Origin: Gemmatimonas sp.
GTDB lineage: Bacteria > Gemmatimonadota > Gemmatimonadetes > Gemmatimonadales > Gemmatimonadaceae
Reading direction: 5' to 3'
Length of the DNA: 64,000 nucleotides
Assembly (NCBI GenBank): GCA_031414535.1
Contig: JANNVQ010000014.1
Coordinates: 32,001-96,000, forward strand
This document shows, piece after piece, positions 59,465-64,000 of the stretch. Each line of letters starts with the position of its first letter. The stretch's first letter is position 1. Under the pieces are notes generated by a model. It was not told the origin of the DNA and made no database searches. It saw only the letters and a program-made list of their open reading frames with translations. The position numbers and the translations under genes were made by a program.

Positions 59465-62041
59465 TCAATTCACCTCGCCGTGCCGCGCGCGTACGAGCAC
59501 GCGCACTTCCTCGCCATCCGCGCAATCCAATGCGAGCTGCGCCGTCGCACGGCACTCTGCCAAGCTGAGCTCCCGCACGCGGGCCTTAGACTCGGCCACC
59601 ACAGGCAGATCAACACTCAGCTCAGAAACGCCAAGCCCGAGTAATACAGGGATAGCCAAGGGATCGGCGGCCAGTGCGCCGCAGACCCCAGCCCACTTTC
59701 CGTGCTTCGCTGCGGCTTCGGCCGTTATGGCAATGAGCCGCAGCACCGCCGGATGCATCGCATCAACCTGCACCGCGAGACGAGGATTGGTGCGGTCCAT
59801 CGCCATGGTGTACTGCGTCAGGTCGTTGGTGCCGATGCTCAGAAAGTCGGCCTCACGCGCGAAGTGGTCCGCCATCAGCGCAGCGGCGGCCGTCTCCACC
59901 ATGATTCCCACTGGGATGCGCGGCGCATTCAAAGCCACGCGCTCCTCCTCGACCATCGCGGAGGCAGCGCGCCACTCCGCGAGCGTGGCAATCATTGGGA
60001 ACATCACAGCCACTTTGCCTTCTGCGGCGGAGCGCAAGATGGCGCGCAACTGGCGCCGCATGACCGCGGGCTCCGCCAAAGTGAAGCGGATGCCTCGCGC
60101 ACCAAGGAAGGGATTCTCTTCCTTCTCCATGGGCAGGTAGGGTAAGGGCTTATCACCACCGATGTCTAGCGTGCGAATGATGAGCAGCCGCTTCGGTCCA
60201 AGTGCCCGGGCAACGCTGCCGTAGAGCTCAGTTTGCTCGTCCTCGTTCGGTTCGCGCTCACGGGCTTGGAAGATGAACTCACTGCGCAGTAGTCCCACGC
60301 CGTCAGCGCCACCAGATACGACATCTGCGCCTTGGCGCACATCGCCGATGTTGGCCGCGACTTCAATGCGCTGCCCGTCTCGCGTGACGGCGTCCTGCTG
60401 CGCCAGCGCCTGTGCAGCTGTGCGGCGAGCGTCCCGCGCTTGACGGCGCGAGCTAGCTGCTTGTTCCTCAGCGGCGCTGGGCGCAATCCGCAAACGCCCA
60501 GTATCGCCATCCACGAGCACTCGCGTACCCACCGGGATATGCAGAGCGCGGATATCGATGCCTGCAATGGCCGGCAGACCGAGCCCTCGGGCGATGATGG
60601 CCACGTGCGAAGTCGAGGAACCCATCGTTGTGCAGAGCGCACGCACACGACTACGGTCAAGATCAGCGGCGTCTGACGGCGTGAGATCTTCAGCGATGAC
60701 AATCGCATCCATTGGCAGACTACGCGCCTGAGTGTCACGCCCCACGAGCAAGTGCAGCACTCGTCGGCCAACATCTCGCAGATCTGTCGCCCGCGCGGCT
60801 AACAGCGGATCACGGAGCGCGGCCAAGCGCTCAGCCTGTGCCGTGTAGGACTGCTGCCAAGCCCAAGAAGCGGTCCAGCCGTCCTGCACGCCAGCGATGG
60901 CTTGGTCGAGCATCTCCGGGTCCTCGAGCAACTCTTGATGCGCGGCGAAGATTGTGGCCCGCTCACCTTGGCCTTCCTGCGTAAGTCGAGTCCGCAGGCC
61001 TTCGAGTTGCAGATGCGCCGCAGCAATGGCGGCGTCGAGCTGCCGTCGCTCAATCTTTGCATCAGCGGCGCGCGCTGCAGGGACGGCGTCGTCGTAGCGA
61101 AGTTGCACCACGACACCAGCGGCAGTTCCTGGTGAAGCGGACACGCCGTGCAGGACGCCTTCAGTGACCGCTACCTCCCTGGCTCCTGCAGGTATGGCGC
61201 CTGCAGGCTTGGCGCCCTCGTGCTTGGCTTCTGCTGTACCAACCGCTGCAAGCGTAGCAGCCCGCGGCTCCGATTCCACGACGAGAAGCGCCGAGACTGC
61301 CGCAAGCGCGGCGGCCGCATCGTCACCACTCGCCAGTACCGTCACAAGGTCACCGCCGCCCACTTCAAGTGCCATCATCGAGACCACGCTACGCAGGTTA
61401 GCGTCCTTGCTCCCCTTGGCCAGACGCAGATCTGCCGTGAAACGACGCGCCACCGCAGCCAGCGCAGCGGCGGGGCGGGCGTGGAGTCCGCTGGGGTCTT
61501 GCACTCGCATTGGTGCCGACCGGAGAACTGTAGCACCCTGCTTGGGAGCATCGCCCACCGCAGCAGCCTTTCGAAACACGCGGAGCACACCAGTCTGCCC
61601 CGACTGCACTCGGCCACTCATCGTCTCCAAGCGCTCAACCTGATCCATGTTCGCAACCACCATCGGCGTGAGCAGGCTCACCGCACGAGTTGCAATCAAG
61701 TCCGGAGAGAAGCGAAGCAGCGGATCACCACGCTTCACACGATCGCCGGCTCGTACGAGAATCTCGAGTCCGGCCCCATCCAGCTTCACGGTGTCGAGGC
61801 CTAAGTGCAACACCAACTCTAGTCCGTCTACGTCGAGCGTCAGCGCGTGCTTCGCTTTATGCACCAACAGCACGGTGGCATCGCAGGGCGCCACCAGCGT
61901 GTCACCAAGTGGATCAATAGCAATGCCATCGCCAACGAGTCGTTGGCGAAATGCCTCATCAGGCACCTCGTCCAAGGAGACGACGATACCGCTGATTGGT
62001 GCGGCCAGCTCCAGCACGGCTGGCTCTGGCGATGGCATCAC
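59465..62041 (-). CDS. ptsP: Multiphosphoryl transfer protein EIIA(Glc)-HPr-Enzyme I
   Basis: EIIA VPDEAF...GDGIAIDP...LHLGLDT; HPr GLHARPAA and RSVVSMM; EI TSHVAIIAR, GVGLLRSEF, RTLDIGGDK, ENPFLG, SIGTNDLTQY, GVCG. Confidence 0.93.
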   Translation of the reverse strand: MMPSPEPAVLELAAPISGIVVSLDEVPDEAFRQRLVGDGIAIDPLGDTLVAPCDATVLLVHKAKHALTLDVDGLELVLHLGLDTVKLDGAGLEILVRAGDRVKRGDPLLRFSPDLIATRAVSLLTPMVVANMDQVERLETMSGRVQSGQTGVLRVFRKAAAVGDAPKQGATVLRSAPMRVQDPSGLHARPAAALAAVARRFTADLRLAKGSKDANLRSVVSMMALEVGGGDLVTVLASGDDAAAALAAVSALLVVESEPRAATLAAVGTAEAKHEGAKPAGAIPAGAREVAVTEGVLHGVSASPGTAAGVVVQLRYDDAVPAARAADAKIERRQLDAAIAAAHLQLEGLRTRLTQEGQGERATIFAAHQELLEDPEMLDQAIAGVQDGWTASWAWQQSYTAQAERLAALRDPLLAARATDLRDVGRRVLHLLVGRDTQARSLPMDAIVIAEDLTPSDAADLDRSRVRALCTTMGSSTSHVAIIARGLGLPAIAGIDIRALHIPVGTRVLVDGDTGRLRIAPSAAEEQAASSRRQARDARRTAAQALAQQDAVTRDGQRIEVAANIGDVRQGADVVSGGADGVGLLRSEFIFQAREREPNEDEQTELYGSVARALGPKRLLIIRTLDIGGDKPLPYLPMEKEENPFLGARGIRFTLAEPAVMRRQLRAILRSAAEGKVAVMFPMIATLAEWRAASAMVEEERVALNAPRIPVGIMVETAAAALMADHFAREADFLSIGTNDLTQYTMAMDRTNPRLAVQVDAMHPAVLRLIAITAEAAAKHGKWAGVCGALAADPLAIPVLLGLGVSELSVDLPVVAESKARVRELSLAECRATAQLALDCADGEEVRVLVRARHGEVN

Positions 62042-64000
62042 TGCACGCGACGCAGGCGGACGGCCTGCCCACCGCCGGACGCCATGCGCATCGTGAGTGA
62101 CTGCGTGTTGTCCACCTCGCGACTGCTGATTGACACGGCGGTCGGATTATCGCGCCAGTGTGCCTCGGGGCCATCAGCATAGAGCTCAGCGACCCATCGG
62201 CCTGCCGGCAGAAAATTCAGCGGCACTGTTACAGTGCGCGCTTCTTCGTCGCTAATGCCGCCCACGAACCATTCGTCGCGTCCCTTGGCCTTGCGCGCCA
62301 CTACCACCGCGTCGCCGATGGCGGCGTGTAGCACGCGGGTTGTATCCCAGTCCACCGCGACGTCGCGAATGAACTGGAAGGCTGGCTGCCCCTCGTAGTT
62401 CTCTGGGAGGTCGGCCGCCATCTGCACCGGCGAGTACAGCACCACATACAGCGCGAGTTGCTTGGCCAGCGTCGAACGAGGGCGTGCCTCCTCTGCCGTA
62501 CGGGGCCGATTCGTCCCGCTCCGCGACACCGTGAGGTTGAAGATGCCGGGCGTAAAATCCATTGGCCCAGCGAGCATGCGCGTAAAGAAGAGGATGGTCT
62601 CGTGCTCTGGTGGGTTACCGCCTTCGCCGCCCCAAGCGTTGAACTCCATGCCGCGCGAACCCTCGCGCGAAAGCATGTTAGGGAAGGTGCGGCGCTCACC
62701 CGCATCCTTGATGGGCTCGTGCATCACGATGGAGAGCCCGTGGCGTGCGGCGGTCTCCAGCACGCGACGATGGTGCCGCACCATGTACTGTCCCTGATGG
62801 GCGTGACCCAGCCCCTGCACGCTGTCGTTCACATAACCTGTCTTGATGGCCCTGATGCCTAAGCGTGCGTACAGCGCGAACGCTGAATCAAGCTGCCGCT
62901 CGTAGTTCTCAATGAAGGTGGCCGTTTCGTTGTGCATGATGAGCTGCACACCGCGCTCGCGAGCGTACGCGGCGAGGCCAGGGAGGTCGTAGTCCGGATA
63001 GGGCTCGGTGAAGGAGAACTGATGCCCGGTCTGCATCCAGTTGCCGTCCCAGCCGAGGTTCCAACCTTCCACGAGTGTGCCGCCTAAGCCATTGGCGGCC
63101 GCGTGATCGAGATAGCGCCGCGTGTTGGCCGTCGTGGCGCCGTGCAGCGCGCCGCTCGACCAGGTCATGGTGTTCACGTGCATGCCCCACCAGATACCGT
63201 TGTACTTCATTGGGGTAATCCAACGAGTATCGGCAATGCGGCTGGGCGGATTGAGCTTCAGCGTAAGCAGTGACGGCGCGAGGTCAACTGCCCTATCCGC
63301 GAGCTGCACCGTGCGCCAAGGCGTGGTGAATCCACCGCGTCCCTTCACCGCCGAGCCATCGCGCCACCGCGCCAACTCAACACGCAGGGTGCGGGACTCC
63401 GAGCGACCACGCAGGTACATGCCGGCATAGTCCACGAGGTCCGCCTCGTGAATCACCGCGTGTACTCCGGAGGCGCCCACCAAAGTGAGAGGCGTGTGTA
63501 CCAGCCCGAGCTTGCTCACCGGCCCTGACGAGTAGAGCATCTCCTGACGGTCCGGCGAGGGCACGTCGGCGGGCGCCCACCAGGCCTTCATGTCCTCAGC
63601 GAGCGCGAACTCCGTGAGTTCATCCATCATCTCGAACTCGCCGATGGACCCTTGCTGCGGGACTTCGTAGCGAATGGCCACGCCATCATCAAAGGCCCGC
63701 AACACGACGACAAACTCACGACGCGGGGCCGCACGCTCGGCGACCCGTACCCGCAATTCACGATGCACATCGCGCACTTCGCGCTGCTCACCCCAAGGCA
63801 GCGTGAAGCGCTCAGCGTGTTCGCGGCGCTCCTGCCCGACAATCGCGAGGCCACTGTCAATCGCGGGGGCGTTACGAAACGTGAATCCGAGCCGTGAGGG
63901 GACGAGTACAGCCCTCCCGTCTCGCGAGACGCTCCACGTGATTCGCCCGGCGCGCTCGTCCACTGCAATGACGTTGCGGCCGTCTGGGGAACTCAGCTGC
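62038..64000 (-). CDS. GH97 alpha-glucosidase (SusB-like), 5' end beyond the window edge
   Basis: Frame open to the edge (…LSSPDGRN); TPWRTV, MKYNGIWWGMH, LVEGWN, MHNET, IKTGYV, HEPIK, REGSRGME, AGPMDFTPG, QMAAD, WDTTR. Confidence 0.92.
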   Translation of the reverse strand, partial: QLSSPDGRNVIAVDERAGRITWSVSRDGRAVLVPSRLGFTFRNAPAIDSGLAIVGQERREHAERFTLPWGEQREVRDVHRELRVRVAERAAPRREFVVVLRAFDDGVAIRYEVPQQGSIGEFEMMDELTEFALAEDMKAWWAPADVPSPDRQEMLYSSGPVSKLGLVHTPLTLVGASGVHAVIHEADLVDYAGMYLRGRSESRTLRVELARWRDGSAVKGRGGFTTPWRTVQLADRAVDLAPSLLTLKLNPPSRIADTRWITPMKYNGIWWGMHVNTMTWSSGALHGATTANTRRYLDHAAANGLGGTLVEGWNLGWDGNWMQTGHQFSFTEPYPDYDLPGLAAYARERGVQLIMHNETATFIENYERQLDSAFALYARLGIRAIKTGYVNDSVQGLGHAHQGQYMVRHHRRVLETAARHGLSIVMHEPIKDAGERRTFPNMLSREGSRGMEFNAWGGEGGNPPEHETILFFTRMLAGPMDFTPGIFNLTVSRSGTNRPRTAEEARPRSTLAKQLALYVVLYSPVQMAADLPENYEGQPAFQFIRDVAVDWDTTRVLHAAIGDAVVVARKAKGRDEWFVGGISDEEARTVTVPLNFLPAGRWVAELYADGPEAHWRDNPTAVSISSREVDNTQSLTMRMASGGGQAVRLRRVQ

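Noticed and set aside
1..64000. Mobile elements, prophage, defence systems, tRNA or rRNA genes
   Set aside because: No integrase, transposase, phage structural, nuclease or reverse-transcriptase motifs, and no tRNA/rRNA-like sequence recognised by eye; a covariance-model scan was not possible

Overview
GC-rich bacterial chromosomal window with about 37 protein-coding genes. The gene content suggests a Gemmatimonadota-like heterotroph (many secreted peptidases, a wHTH-BTAD-TM-TPR regulator), but this is inference only. I saw no rRNA, tRNA, CRISPR array, integrase or transposase. Left to right: the 5' end of a cheB-type gene running off the left edge; matB-matC-mmuM; an amidohydrolase::PQQ-dehydrogenase fusion divergent from a Tat subunit + GMC flavoprotein + M28 + M20 hydrolase run; an S8 lipoprotein protease, a membrane-anchored SARP/BTAD regulator and a divergent orphan lipoprotein; an M24 peptidase; an Lgt-like fusion; a frameshifted cyclic beta-1,2-glucan synthase next to two decayed genes; hemolysin III; an AraC module; a second M24 peptidase; an ATP-grasp + LLM monooxygenase operon behind a SAM-II-like riboswitch and terminator; and a 26-kb alpha-glucan superlocus (glgP-glgB-glgC-glgA-glgX::malQ-MFS-GH13::esterase converging on GH97-PTS-PTS-[six-hairpin GH::GH13]). 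The best leads are the SAM-II-controlled ATP-grasp/LLM pair, the PAKKA-repeat tail on GlgB, the transmembrane SARP regulator with an 11-bp-phased operator, and several unusual enzyme fusions. All family assignments come from motif recognition by eye, not database searches.
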